Shown piece after piece: positions 22,112 to 34,214 of a stretch of DNA of 64,000 nucleotides. Under the pieces are notes generated by a model that saw only the letters and a program-made list of their open reading frames with translations, had not been told where the DNA came from and ran no database searches. This DNA is from Fistulifera solaris. Lineage: Eukaryota. A program made the translations under genes and the position numbers. The stretch spans positions 1,798,001 through 1,862,000 of the forward strand of contig AP026123.1 of the NCBI GenBank assembly GCA_030295235.1, written 5' to 3'. Numbering within the stretch: the stretch's first letter is position 1; the number at the start of each line of letters is the position of its first letter.

Positions 22112-23297
22112 TGTTTGAATGACAATCCAGAAATTCTGGACCAGGTGTTTTCATCTCACAAAGAGGTTCTGTGCTGGTTTCAGAAAATCTGAACACAGTG
22201 TAACGGATCATGTGTAAAAATGCTGCTCCCCGACAAAGAGGAACTGTTCGTGCTCCTCCGACTTGGGAAGATGGACATTGACGGGGCTTGGTTTTTTACT
22301 AGGCTTCACACCACAACATGATGTCGACAAACTACTCCAAAAGGAGCATACTTACACTCAACAACTATCACCATCATCCATTGTATGTTATGGAAACAAA
22401 AGCCAACGATGACACAACAACATGGAATTCCTACACGGGATTTATCTATTGAGTCATGACCATCTTAGAGCTCGATTCTCACTCATGCGCATCGGTACCC
22501 AGTCTTTAGGTAAGATCAATCGTTACATAGACACACCCGTTAACCTTGTAAAAATGCTGTATGTGTCGACAAGTTCAGGATACGGCGTTTTTCATCAAAC
22601 AGCTTCTGTGTGTATTCCAGAAAATCTAAAATATACGATGGCGTCATACAGAAATTCTGTTTGAATGGTCCAGAAATTCTGGACCGGGTGTTTTCATCTC
22701 ACAGAGGTTCTGTGCCGGTTCCAAAAAATCTGAACACAGTGTAACGGATCACGCAGAACGCTGCATGGCTTCAACAAGTTCACGAGACGGCGTTTCTCAT
22801 CAAACAGCGTTTCTGTGCGAATTCCAGAAAATCTGGAAAAAGCGATCGCGTCATACAGAAATTCTGTTTGAATGGTTCAAAATTTCAGGACCTGGTGTTT
22901 TCATCTCACAGAGGTTCTGTGCTGGTTCCAGAAAATCTGGACACAGTCTAACGGATCATTCAGAAATGCTTCGTGGCTTCAACAAGTTCAGGATTCAGGA
23001 GACGGCGTTTCTCATCAAACAGCGTTTCTGTGCGAATTCCAGAAAATCTGGAAAAAGCGATCGCATCATACAGAAATTCTGTTTGAATGGTCCAGAAATT
23101 CTGGACCAGGTGTTTTCATCTCGCTCACAGAGGTTCTGTGCTGGTTCCAGAAAATCGGGACACAGTGTAGCGGATCATGCAGAAAGTGCTGTAGGGCTTC
23201 AAGAAGTAAAAAAGGCGGCGTTTTTCATCAAACAGCGTTTTTGTGCAAATTCCAATATCTGGAATTCGCTATCGTGTCATACAGAAATTCTGTTGAA
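22112..23297 (-). repeat. Second array of the ~52-bp double-palindrome repeat, inverted relative to 16172-16756, higher-order period ~207-214 bp
   Basis: GTCATACAGAAATTCTGT at ~22643, 22850, 23064 and 23276 is the reverse complement of the ACAGA(A/T)TTTCTGTATGAC unit in the first array; TCCAGAAATTCTGGA hairpins are shared. Confidence 0.88.
22226..22546 (+). mobile_element. 321-bp insertion with 13-bp target-site duplication (probable 5'-truncated non-LTR retroelement)
   Basis: TGTAAAAATGCTG at 22213-22225 and 22547-22559; the repeat unit resumes in register after the insert; no TIRs. Confidence 0.7.
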
Positions 23298-23480
23298 AGA
23301 TGGGATGAGTACCGGAAAGATTAGAATTCGTTTGGAGGAAAAAACGCGATCGATCGTCGTCGATGATTTTTTCGAGTGCATAACAAAGAAAAACAATTCA
23401 TTCGATGGATTTGATAGGAACCATTCAAAAGTGCAAACAACTTAAAAACCAACCTTCGAAGGAAGTGCGAAAAGAATACG

Positions 23481-25014
23481 ATGCGCCGTAAACTCGCGCT
23501 GATTGCGGTGATCTCATCCGCACATCTGGCCCATTCGTTCGTACCCATCAAGCACCGAGGACTCGGACGCCGTCGTCTCTTTTGCAATCCTCCGAAGATT
23601 CATCCACTACTACATCTCTGGTTGACGTTTCCAGTGACTTGAAAGACAGTACTATAACGAATTCAGACGATGTGATACAGGAAGCACGCACTTCAACGAT
23701 TCTCGGCATGCCCATCACACCCGAAATTGTCGCGATTGCGACCATTTATTTCGTCGAAGGAGCCCTGGGTCTTGCTCGCTTGGCACAAACTTATTTACTT
23801 AAAGATGAATTGCATTTGGGACCGGCCGAATTGTCGGCACTCTCGGGGTTGTTTGTATTGCCGTGGACGATTAAACCGGTCTATGGATTCTTGAGTGATG
23901 GCTTTCCTCTGTTCGGGTTCCGCCGAAAATCGTATCTCGTACTGGCGGGTCTTTTGGGAGGCTCGGCTTATACTATTTTGGGTTACAGTGGATTTTGGGA
24001 AGGTCTTCCCACATCGACTTCGATTACCGGGACCTTGGTCGCTCTCTTGGTGGCATCGGGCTGTATTGCCATGGCCGATGTCGTGGCCGATGGGATTGTG
24101 GTAGCTAAAACACGTGAATCGAAGGATCCAGCCATCGCGGGAGGTCTTCAGTCGCTGTGTTGGGGTTCCGCGGCGACGGGTGGATTGATTTCGGCGTATT
24201 TTTCAGGTTCGTTGTTGGAAGTCATGACGGTACGACAAGTCTTTGCCATTACGGCGGTACTTCCTTTCTTGGTGGCGCTGATTGCCTTCGGGGTAGAAGA
24301 TAAGCGCGTGGATCCAAGTCGACAAAAGATAATTTCATACAAGGCGTCAAGGTTCAAGTGGAAGCGTTGTGGGGAGCATTGAGTCAAAAAGCAATCTGGA
24401 GACCCGCGTTGTTTCTCTTTTTATGGCAAGCAACTCCCACAGCGGATGGAGCCTTTTTCTTTTTTCTTTCCAATGACTTGGGTTTAGGACCCGAATTTTT
24501 GGGACGAGTTCGTCTTGTGACAGCTGCCGCGAGTCTCGGAGGTGTTTGGTTGTACAACCAGTACTTGAAAACGGTCAAAATCAAAGATATTCTGTTTTGG
24601 TCGGCGGTCGCGTCCTTCCCCTTGGGTCTGATACCAATGTTACTGGTCACGCACGTCAATCGCGGAGTTGGCATTCCGGATACCGCACTCATATATGGAG
24701 ATGATGTTATCTTGGCCGCCCTGGGTGAAATGGCGTTTCTTCCTACGCTCGTCCTTGCGGCGAGGCTTTGCCCGCCGGGAGTCGAAGCGGTCCTATTTGC
24801 GACATTAATGTCCATCTTCAACGGAGCAGGAACGGTGGGAACCGAAATTGGTGCGCTATTAACCAAAGTCTTGGGAGTGACGGAGAACGACTTTACCAAT
24901 TTAGCTCCTCTCATCTTCCTTTGTAGCTTGAGCTCGATATTTCCTCTTCCATTTATCGGATTGCTCGATGAAGTTGGAGATCTGTCTGAAAAAGAGATCG
25001 AGGGAGAAAGCTAA
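23481..25014 (+). CDS. Folate-biopterin transporter (BT1/FBT family, MFS), plastid-targeted; frameshifts ~23581 and ~24325
   Basis: MRRKLALIAVISSAHLAHS-FVP; YFVEGALGLARLA, LPWTIKPVYGFLSDGFPLFGFRRKSY, LQSLCWG, ARLCPPGVEAVLFATLMS. Confidence 0.9.
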
Positions 25015-25150
25015 GTTGACCACGAAAAACTTCAGCATAATATCACCCCAAAACACGATAAGTCCCTGCCGGTAGGTAATAGAACTGCACATACAACTAG
25101 ACTAGAATAAGAAGTAGGCACTCCGCTATCGATTAAAGCCTTTTTCTAAT

Positions 25151-27125
25151 TTAGGGCGTGAATCCAGTTGTGAAAGCCTCAGCAATGGCGTGCATCTTCT
25201 CTTCAATGGGCTTGTCGAACTTGTATCCCGAGTCGACGATCTCTTTCAATAATCCGGCATGAGCACCCTTCATGTGTTTCAAGAAAGCAGCTTCGAACGC
25301 TTGAACGTGTTCCACGTCAATGCGATCGCAGTATCCCTTGACACCAATGAAGAGAGAAGCAACGACTTCTTCGGGTTCGTACGGCTGGTATTGTCCCTGT
25401 TTCAAAAGTTCGTACAGACGGACACCACGGTTGAGCTGCTGTTGCGTGGCGGGGTCAAGATCCGATCCGAATTTGGCAAAGGCAGCGACTTCACGGTACT
25501 GAGCCAACTCGAGCTTCATGGTACCGGCAACGGCCTTGGTGGCTTTGTACTGGGCAGCGGAACCGACACGGCTCACCGAAAGACCGACAGAGATGGCGGG
25601 GCGCTGACCCTGGTAGAAAAGTTCGGACTCGAGGAAAATCTGTCCATCGGTGATGGAAATCACATTGGTAGGGATGTAAGCGGACACATCACCAGCCTGA
25701 GTCTCAATGACGGGCAAAGCGGTCAAGGAACCTCCTCCGTTGGTAGTGTGCATCTTAGCAGCACGTTCCAAAAGACGAGAGTGCAAGTAGAAAACGTCTC
25801 CAGGGTAAGCTTCACGACCAGGAGGACGACGGAGAAGCAGGGACATCTGACGGTAGGCAACAGCCTGTTTGGAGAGATCATCATAGAAGATCACAGCGTG
25901 TTTGCCGCTATCACGGAAATATTCACCCATGGCGCATCCAGTGTAAGGGGCCAAAAACTGAAGGGGAGCAGAGTCGGAAGCGGTGGCGGCAACAACAATG
26001 CAGTTGTCCATGGCCTCACGCTCCTCCAGCTGTCCCACAAGTTGAGCAATGGTAGAACGCTTTTGTCCGACACCAACGTAAATGCAAGCCAAGGGCTCCT
26101 TCTTGGTCTTCTGGTTGATGATGGTATCAATGGCAATGGCGGTCTTACCAGTCTGACGATCACCAATGATCAATTCACGCTGACCACGACCAATGGGGAT
26201 GAGGGCATCGACGGCCTTCAACCCGGTAAGCATGGGTTCCTTCACGGACTCACGGGGGATGATGCCGGGGGCCTTGACTTCGGCTCGCGAACGCTTGCAC
26301 TTGTCAAGACTGGCTCCTCCATCAATCGGCTGTCCGATACCGTCCACAACACGTCCCAAGAGCTCCGGGCCTACCGGAACGTCGACAATGGCACCCGTGC
26401 GCTTGACGGTGTCTCCTTCCAAAATTTCACGATCATCACCGAAAATGACCACACCAACGTTGTCTTCTTCCAAGTTCAAAGCCATACCGCGAAGTCCGGC
26501 GGAAAATACCACCATCTCTCCGGCTTGTACATTCGAAAGACCATAGACACGAGCGATACCGTCTCCTACGGAGATGACGGCTCCGGTTTCGGCATATTTC
26601 TTTTCCTCGGCACCTCCAACACCTCCGATTTTGCTCTCGAGGTAAGTGGATAGCTCCAGTGTTTGGGTGGCAAGACCACGAGACGAGGCAAGAGTCGGGC
26701 GGGAAGCCTGATGAAACAAGGGTGAGATGAAATTTTTATCGGCAACAAAAGCGAATGAAGACGACGGAATCCGGAATCTCACTCGCAACAAGTCAACAAT
26801 TTGCCGCATCGGCGACCGCTGGTATCTCCAAGACCATGGGATTTACATGCAATTCATGCGCTGCAACATATCTTTTAAATATGTTTGTAATAGCAGTGAA
26901 TTAATGTGCCATCTTGCAAAAAGAACCAGCCGATCGCCGCTGGAAAGGATGAAGAAATGACTCAATGGAGGACCGTACCGCCGCACCGTTTGGCGTCTCT
27001 ATTTCTTATTCCTCGACGCCTTTCGCCACAAAATTCATTCGAACAACTCTTTCAAAACATACCTTAACGGCAGTGGATGAGGCAAGTCGCCTCGAGGCGG
27101 CAAGAAGAGCGGTACGAAGCACCAT
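25151..27125 (-). CDS. ATP1: Mitochondrial F1 ATP synthase alpha subunit, nuclear-encoded, 2 exons (intron 26708-27062)
   Basis: Exon 1 [21 protein letters not shown] (presequence); [37 protein letters not shown]. Confidence 0.95.
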
Positions 27126-27449
27126 GGTTGTTTTTTCAACACAGCACGTTGTAACCTTCCGATGGCCGCAATCTTTCGCCGTCGCGTTTTGAGCCTGGGA
27201 TTGCAGTGTGGGCCAATGTGTACGCTTGCGTGCAACGTGTGAGAGGGATGCTCGCGATGGTACGTCATCCTTGCGTCACATGCGCGTGTCATGAACGGTG
27301 CACGGACAGGCGGTCATGCTATGGCTTCGAAAAGCTTATACGGAGTAGAAACAAAACAGAAAGAAAAAAATTTCCGAGTCAAACTATAGCGCTTATATCC
27401 AGACTTATATTTGCAAGTAGCGCATCGCCTCATCTAAAAAGTAAAGATC

Positions 27450-29021
27450 TCAAAGACTAACCGTGTCAGGTGATCGATACATTCGAATCGAAGATCGACC
27501 CGAACTCGTCGAGACCTGGGTGTTGCTATCCGGCTGGGGTGGCAACAGAGTAATAAATTTGGGATCCGAAGGTGTCGATCCGGTCATACCTCCCTGATAG
27601 GATGCAAGACTACGTTGCTTACTGCTAATACCACTCCAGTTACTGTCGACGGAATCGGATTCTTCAATCACCGTGACGAAACGCAACTGAGAGCCGGTAA
27701 TAGCGCTGAGTTCCGAACAGCCGTCCAAGTCCGCCATAGAGGCTTCGCCTTTTCCTTGCGGAGAGTGCTCCAAAGATCCTGTATGATCACTCCCGTGCTC
27801 CACATCTTTCACGCACGCATCATCATTTTCGTGTTCCTCCTCATGCTTTCGGCGTCTCATTGCAAAGATAACGCCCACAACAATCGCCACAGCGCTGAGC
27901 GAAAGTGCCGTGACACCCAGCGGCGAAATACTGTCCTTCTCGGCAACCAGATCGCCCTCCGTCGCACTATTGGCTTGGGGTGGATTCAACAAGTTTTCCA
28001 AGAGCTTCCAAGTACCATCTGGTCCCAAAATACTCATGAAACGACAGCCGTTCGAAACCTCCTCCACTCCGGCAAGCGTCGCGATGCGCGAGCAGTGCAA
28101 CGCCAATGTTTCAAACAGATACTCGTCAATGCCAGATACATTCCATCCGTCTTCGTAAAAGATATCAACCTGAATCGCAATGTCGGTGCAGTTGGTGCAC
28201 GAAGTGTCTACAACAAATCAAACAATGAGGCGCTGGCAGGAACAATAAAGAACCGAAGCAAGCTACTACGTACCGGATGTCGTATTCTCGATAGAGAGAT
28301 CGAATTGGACGTCTCGAATTGGCAATACGGAACGGCGTAGACCACATCCCAGCAAATCGGTTGCCAGAAACGTTTGCAAAAAGTCTCTTAACCGCATCAC
28401 GAACGTGAGAACGTCGTCCGAAAGATCCAAAGTCAAGGTAATGAGAAATTCCAAACGGGCGAGATCGGTTTCATTGCGCGCTCGGGCCAAGCATTCTGCC
28501 GTCGGTTCCAACGCAGGAGGATTGGTGATTTCGTCCGGAAGAAGGAAGGTCGGATCATCGCTCAACATCCATGTGGAGACTCTCGGGGTAGGGGCTGGCG
28601 TCTGTGTCACGGAACTGGGAGCTGGATACGTCGGTGCTGTCGGGGTCGGAGCCGGCGTCTGCACAATCAGACTGGGTGCTGGATGCGTCGAGACTTTCGG
28701 GGTAGGAGCCGGCGTATGTATAACAAGACTGGGTGCTGGATGCGACGATACTTTCGGCAGAGGCGCTGAGGTCTGACTCGTCAAACTGGGTAGTAGAGTC
28801 GTAGGTGCTTTCAGGGTAGGAACTTCCGTCTTGATAATACTGGGTGCTTTCGTCGGAAGAGGACCATACGTCGGAAAGATTACGGGTTTTTCTCCCGCAC
28901 CGGTGCCTCGCGAATGCACACCATAGGTGCTCATGGCATGAGATCCGGCAACCCACCCGCAGAGCAAAATACTTTGCAACAGCATCATCATCATCATCGT
29001 CGTCGTCGTCGTCGTCATCAT
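27450..29021 (-). CDS. Secreted single-pass membrane protein with Pro/Thr-rich repeats, 2 exons (intron ~28208-28273)
   Basis: Signal peptide, PAPTP/PAPS repeats; a GTACGT...GTAG intron joins ORF 28266-29021 to ORF 27450-28106; TM LGVTALSLSAVAIVVGVIFAM followed by RRRK. Confidence 0.65.
28570..28780 (-). repeat. Coding ~60-bp tandem repeat (HPAPSL-x3-TPAPTPKVST), ~3.5 copies
   Basis: GACTGGGTGCTGGATGCG recurs at 60-bp spacing (~28670 and ~28727). Confidence 0.7.
28983..29021. repeat. Compound trinucleotide microsatellite (CAT)5(CGT)6(CAT)2
   Basis: Read directly; encodes MMTTTTTTMMMMM-like runs at the N-terminus of the minus-strand gene. Confidence 0.85.
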
Positions 29022-29485
29022 TCACGGAAAATGAGGGTAAAGGGGCGCGGAGACAGCGCCCCCAGCCCCCACTCCATTTTTGCCGCCGTCATTGCTTCAT
29101 ACACATTATAATTTCGCTTCGTTTGAACAGCAATAAAGACATACAAAAGCCTTATGAATAGTAACGGAACGATCCTCGGAAAGGAATAAGTGTTGAGAAG
29201 GAACACACATAAGGTTTAACGGAGTACTTTGTATGACGGCAAAAACTGATGCCGTGTTGAAGGTTGAAGTCATAGTTACCAGTGCCAGATACAGTCGCAG
29301 TGGGTCTCAAGCGCTGTACACGTTACTGTATCGAGGCCTTCAGTATATGCTAAGAAGTAGATCACTTTTTCTACGACTCAAGATATTCCAGTCCCGGGAA
29401 TTTGTGAGAAGATCTTCGAAACTTTTTCTCTTTTTCTTTGTTGTTATTGGCATTCATACACAGCATTATCTACTTGCATTTCATC

Positions 29486-30466
29486 ATGCTTTCAGTCCTT
29501 CGACGATTTTTCATTGTATACGCCATCTTATACTTTCCAGCAGCATCTTCACTGGCCATCATGTCATCCGCAAAGCATCGTCGATTGATACAGAAATTGC
29601 AAGCCATCATCGGCACCGACGCCGGCCATCGCGGCATGTCGGCTCTCATTGTACCGGACGATTTGCATCATGCCGCAGAGTGTTTTGCGCAAATGAAACC
29701 CTCTCAACATGTTGTCATACTCAGTGGATTTCCCTGTTGTGTGCAGCACACACCGCCCACCGAAACGGACGGTCCTCCGGGGACTGCGGCGTTGGCCCAA
29801 ACGGCCTTGGCCTTGAGTTGTCAGACGACGGTCGTCACCGACAAATGCAATGAAGACGTCTTTCGTGCGGGTTTGCAACATTTACCATCGGTTGTTTTGG
29901 AGTGTTTCCCAGCCAACATGACGCGGGAAGATGATCAAAGACTCGCCGCACTGGCGTCGAACTGCGATTTGCTCTTGGCGTGTGAACGTGCCGGACCGGC
30001 GGTGGATGGCAAGTGTTACACGATGCGGGGGATCGATATGGAAGGATTGGTAGCACCATTGCACCGTCTGGTACATCAAGTACAAGCACGGAATGTCCCA
30101 TTCATTGCGATTGGGGATGGGGGTAACGAAATGGGTATGGGGAAAGTCTTGTCACAAATTCATGCCACGCCACAAATATTGAATTCGGTGGCATGTGTCG
30201 TGCCAGCGGATTACTTGATTGCGGCGAGTGTTTCCAATTGGGGTGCGTATGCCCTCGCCGCAGCGACAGGGCTTTTGGCTGGCATCGATTGTTTGCCGAC
30301 ACCGGAACAAGAAGTTGAGTTGTTGCAACGCTGCATTCAACAGAATTGTCGTGATGGAGTCTCGGGACGAGTTGAAATGACAGTTGATGGGATGCCACTC
30401 GAAACGAGTTTGCAATGTTTGCGGGATCTTCGGGAGGTTGTTTTATCCGGGCAGACTGACAGCTAG
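29486..30466 (+). CDS. D-glutamate cyclase-like protein (DUF4392)
   Basis: RGMSAL, ILSGFPC, ETDGPPG, ACERAG...YTMRG, IGDGGNEMGMG, ASVSNWGAY, VDGM. Confidence 0.85.
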   Translation: MLSVLRRFFIVYAILYFPAASSLAIMSSAKHRRLIQKLQAIIGTDAGHRGMSALIVPDDLHHAAECFAQMKPSQHVVILSGFPCCVQHTPPTETDGPPGTAALAQTALALSCQTTVVTDKCNEDVFRAGLQHLPSVVLECFPANMTREDDQRLAALASNCDLLLACERAGPAVDGKCYTMRGIDMEGLVAPLHRLVHQVQARNVPFIAIGDGGNEMGMGKVLSQIHATPQILNSVACVVPADYLIAASVSNWGAYALAAATGLLAGIDCLPTPEQEVELLQRCIQQNCRDGVSGRVEMTVDGMPLETSLQCLRDLREVVLSGQTDS

Positions 30467-30548
30467 AGTGTGCCGACGAAAACAAAAATAGGTCGCATCA
30501 AAACGATTTTTTACAAAGACTCTTTTCAAACTTTTTAGTCTTATGGTA

Positions 30549-31919
30549 TTACGTTAATTTCAAGTCACCTATTTGCCATACCAGCATTTTCCCATCGTCG
30601 CCTCCGGTATAAAAGGTCCCCGATGGACCACTCGTGATCGAACGCACCGCTGCGCCATGCGAGACGGAAAAATTCGCATCCAGCGTCCACAACAGCGCAA
30701 ACGCATTCACCTTGGGCGTTTGCACCAAGTTGCGGCATTGAATAATCCCACTCTCCAATCCAATCAACAAGAGCGGATGACCCTGTTGATTGGCACCAAT
30801 GGTCATGCAGGTGATGCCTTCGTCGTGACTTTCGGACATGACACATTCGCCCGTCGCGGCGTTCCACGCTTTGATGGTACTATCGAGCGAACAACTCAAA
30901 ATGAAACTTCCCGCGGTGCTTTGAAACAATTGCAAACCGGTCACGGCGTGCGTGTGTCCGCCGGCGGTGATACTGAATTGACATTCACCCGTACTCAATT
31001 TCCAAATCCGAATGCAACCATCAATACCACTGCTCCACAATAAGTCTTGTTGGGGCAATGGCACCAGGCCGGTGATTTGTCGAGCGTGTCCGTCCAAGCG
31101 TTGACTGACTCCAAACGTGTTGTTGGCCGTGTCGAGTTTCCAGACGCGAATGGCACCATCCTGTGAGCCCGAAACGACTTGCATGGTAGTGGGATCGACG
31201 GCGAGACAGGAAACGGCCGTGTTGTGCGCATAAGGGACCAGGTTGGGGTGCAGTTGGAATTCCACCGGAGGATTGTTGGGGGATTGCAAGTTCCACGCGT
31301 GCACCAAGCCCGTGGATGCCATGGGAAATGCGCGTGTGACCGCCTCAAAGCCACAAAACAAAAAGTTGTTGACAACTGCCAAACAATTCACTTTGCCGTT
31401 CATGTTGCTTTCAAAGGATTGCTGAAATTGTCCTCCCGCCGTGTTCCACAAACGCCAAAAGCCATCCGATCCTCCCGTAAATATTTTGATGCCTTGATCT
31501 TCCCAAATGGCAATAGAAGAAACCGATCCTTTCGTATTGGTATTGTCCGTAAATTGACCAGGAGAGTGCTGTTGCTGCTGTTGTTTCAGAGGTGATCCAG
31601 CGGCATCCACATTCCCAAACAATTGTACCACATGAGAAAACGTACAATTGTCTCCATCTCGACAATTTCCCGTTTGCGTGAAATGCAAGCAAGGCCAAAA
31701 GAGAGCCGTTGACGATACTTTTCCGGGCGTATTCGGCGGAAATCGTCCACCGCGTCCTCGACCGCCTCCTCGGTTGGAATAATGGCGCCCGCCGCGTGAA
31801 CTGGAGCGTCCGCCGCCGCGATAATTACTGCCGCCGCCGCGATAGTTGGAGTTATCTCCGCCGCCTCCGCGGTAATTGTTGTCGCTGTATCGTCCACTGC
31901 CGCGTGGCGCAAACGACAT
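30549..31919 (-). CDS. RGG + CCCH zinc finger + WD40 repeat protein (ZFWD-like)
   Basis: RGG-rich N-terminus, CLHFTQTGNCRDGDNCTFSH, multiple GH...SGSxDG.IRVW repeats. Confidence 0.85.
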   Translation of the reverse strand: MSFAPRGSGRYSDNNYRGGGGDNSNYRGGGSNYRGGGRSSSRGGRHYSNRGGGRGRGGRFPPNTPGKVSSTALFWPCLHFTQTGNCRDGDNCTFSHVVQLFGNVDAAGSPLKQQQQQHSPGQFTDNTNTKGSVSSIAIWEDQGIKIFTGGSDGFWRLWNTAGGQFQQSFESNMNGKVNCLAVVNNFLFCGFEAVTRAFPMASTGLVHAWNLQSPNNPPVEFQLHPNLVPYAHNTAVSCLAVDPTTMQVVSGSQDGAIRVWKLDTANNTFGVSQRLDGHARQITGLVPLPQQDLLWSSGIDGCIRIWKLSTGECQFSITAGGHTHAVTGLQLFQSTAGSFILSCSLDSTIKAWNAATGECVMSESHDEGITCMTIGANQQGHPLLLIGLESGIIQCRNLVQTPKVNAFALLWTLDANFSVSHGAAVRSITSGPSGTFYTGGDDGKMLVWQIGDLKLT

Positions 31920-32197
31920 GTTTGTGTGGTTGAATTTAATGTGGAAAACAAATTGGAATGTTTAATGATCGAATGAATTACCTAGAGACTATGTTATTGT
32001 GGTCGGATCGGATGACTGTCGTTGTTTGGAGTGTTTCTTGTATCTCGTAAAGAGTAGTCTCACGCCGACTTCGATCTGTCGTTTAATTCTGACATACGGA
32101 CAGACGCAAGGCTCGTGATTGAATTCCAGTCGTGAAAAAGTTGGATCTATTTTCTAGTTATTGGCACAACGTCAAGTCCTATAGACCTCTAGCTGTG

Positions 32198-33803
32198 TTA
32201 CGAAAGACTCGTGGGTGCCAGTTTATAACCAAACAATTTCATCAGTTCCGGATCCAAATGTTGTTGCACAAACTCCAAATCCTCGGCCGAATAACCATCG
32301 TACCGTCCCGTTTCACTGCCGTACTGAATCAAGGAATCCACGTACGACGTCTTTTTGTTTCCCGTGGGCGGCCCCCCGTTTCGCGGATTCCACCTGATAG
32401 CGAAATTTCCCATCGTTCAATCGACCTCCGGCGCATTCGCAAGCAATCTTGGTCACTTGGACGGGATGAAAGATAATGTCCTCGAAACGCACGATCAAAC
32501 GCGGAAAGGGGGCTTGCACGTATTCTTGGTACCAAGTATTCCAAAAATCGACCATACTGGTATGGTGTTTGTCGAATTCTTTGTACCGAACGAGGACGGG
32601 AATCGTTTCTTCGGATTGGAGATGGTGATATTTGGCAATGTCGGCCGCGTTGGGAATTAGACTCGGACAGTGAGCGTCGTCGTGATGCCAATGGGCGGCA
32701 TATTTGTGACGGCACATCTAGATTATGTCGCATAATGAGTTAGGTCTGTGCGTGAGTGACTCTTCCCTACGAAAAAATGATTAATCTCTTTTCTATACGT
32801 ACCGACTGCATCCACTTGAACGGATCTCGGACCGTCACTGCCGGAAAAATGTCTTCGGCATTCATCGTATCGTTATAGGTCCGATGATGCAAACGAAATT
32901 CTTCATCCCCCACCGGAGTATGTTTTCCCCACAAGACTTGCCATCGCACCCCGCGATTCTTATGTCCGTACTTTTGCATCCGCGCCGGCATATGACAATT
33001 GTGGATCAACAATTCCGCCATGAGGTTCGTGCCCGTATTGAAGGTCCCGGCGGTCGATACAAAATGATCGGCCGGATCTCCATTTTGGGTTTGAAATTTC
33101 TGGCACGTCTCCAATCCAAAGATGACGGGTTCACTCCCGTACAAATCGGCGACTTGTTCCCACGTGGGCAATCGTTCCACAATTTCGTCATCGACGTCAA
33201 CCCCGCGTCGCGCAACAACGCAATGAGTGGTTCCTTGCCGGCAGTGAGTGCTGCATTGAGTTGTGCGGTTACGTCGGCCGGTATTGCTGCTGCTGCTGCT
33301 TCTTCTTCTTCGTCTTCCGAATTGTCCTCTTCGTCTGCTACCGGATTCTCGGGTTCCGCCGGGTGCTGCCCTTGTTGATTCGGAGATATGGGATGATCCA
33401 ATGCGAGAGGATGTTCGGGTGTATCAAATATAGATTTGGGTTGATGGATTGTTTGATCTAAATCTTCATGATCTCCGGGAATTGAATTGCCGTCATCGGT
33501 TTCATCCTCTCTTTTGGGGACGACGTCAGGAACGCGTAAATTCGGTTGCGGATGGTTGTCATTGTCTATCTTTCTCTTATTCTCTTTGCCGTGCGGAACG
33601 ACATACTGTACCAGATAATAGAATTCCAGCAGACAGAGCGTCGCACCGATTCCTAACACCCAATACAAGATTGGAGAATTGCGAGGAGGAGGCCGTCGGG
33701 CTCGTTTCGTTCGTTTGGGGGAAGTATCGAGGTCACTGCCACTCGAATGTGTCCGTGGCAGAGCATTGCGTTGTCGATGATGTCCTGCTGTAGAATTGAA
33801 CAT
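32198..33803 (-). CDS. Type II membrane sulfotransferase-like protein, 2 exons (intron 32718-32802), frameshifts ~33200 and ~32355
   Basis: N-terminal TM, PAPS-loop-like AGTFNTGTNL, WGKH, VRDPFKWMQSMCR, LIVRFEDI, LMKLFGY. Confidence 0.65.
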
Positions 33804-34214
33804 TTTGTTGGCATAGCAATGATGATTATAGTCAAATGTATTTTCAAAAAAATAAAATGACCCCATCGCGCAGTCATGGGTCTTTGCTTGCGTGAGAGGG
33901 GTCGAAAAACGGTGCGAACACGTCTTCATTACCGGTGCGATTATTAGTTAAAATCACATATATGGTTCGGTACCAATCCGATAAAATCTTGTTCGTCGTC
34001 GATCGTCATCCAACAGCCGTTCGTCCTTCGTCCACCCATGTGGAAACTCCGCCGTTTTGTTTCCGTTATGGTCGCAAAACAAACCGCAGCTTTGGTTTAT
34101 CGTTTTTTATATATGTTTGCACCCTCTCATCGCACAAAAAACGGAGACGTGGCCTCTCACAACATCGCATTGCTTCCGTTTTACGATTCATTCCTTCCTT
34201 TTCTTTTCTATATC

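Noticed and set aside
22765..23445. 226-aa and 150-aa ORFs, plus ORFs at 15873-16787, over the repeat arrays
   Set aside because: They are translations of tandem DNA repeats with frame-switching periodicity and no protein-like conservation.
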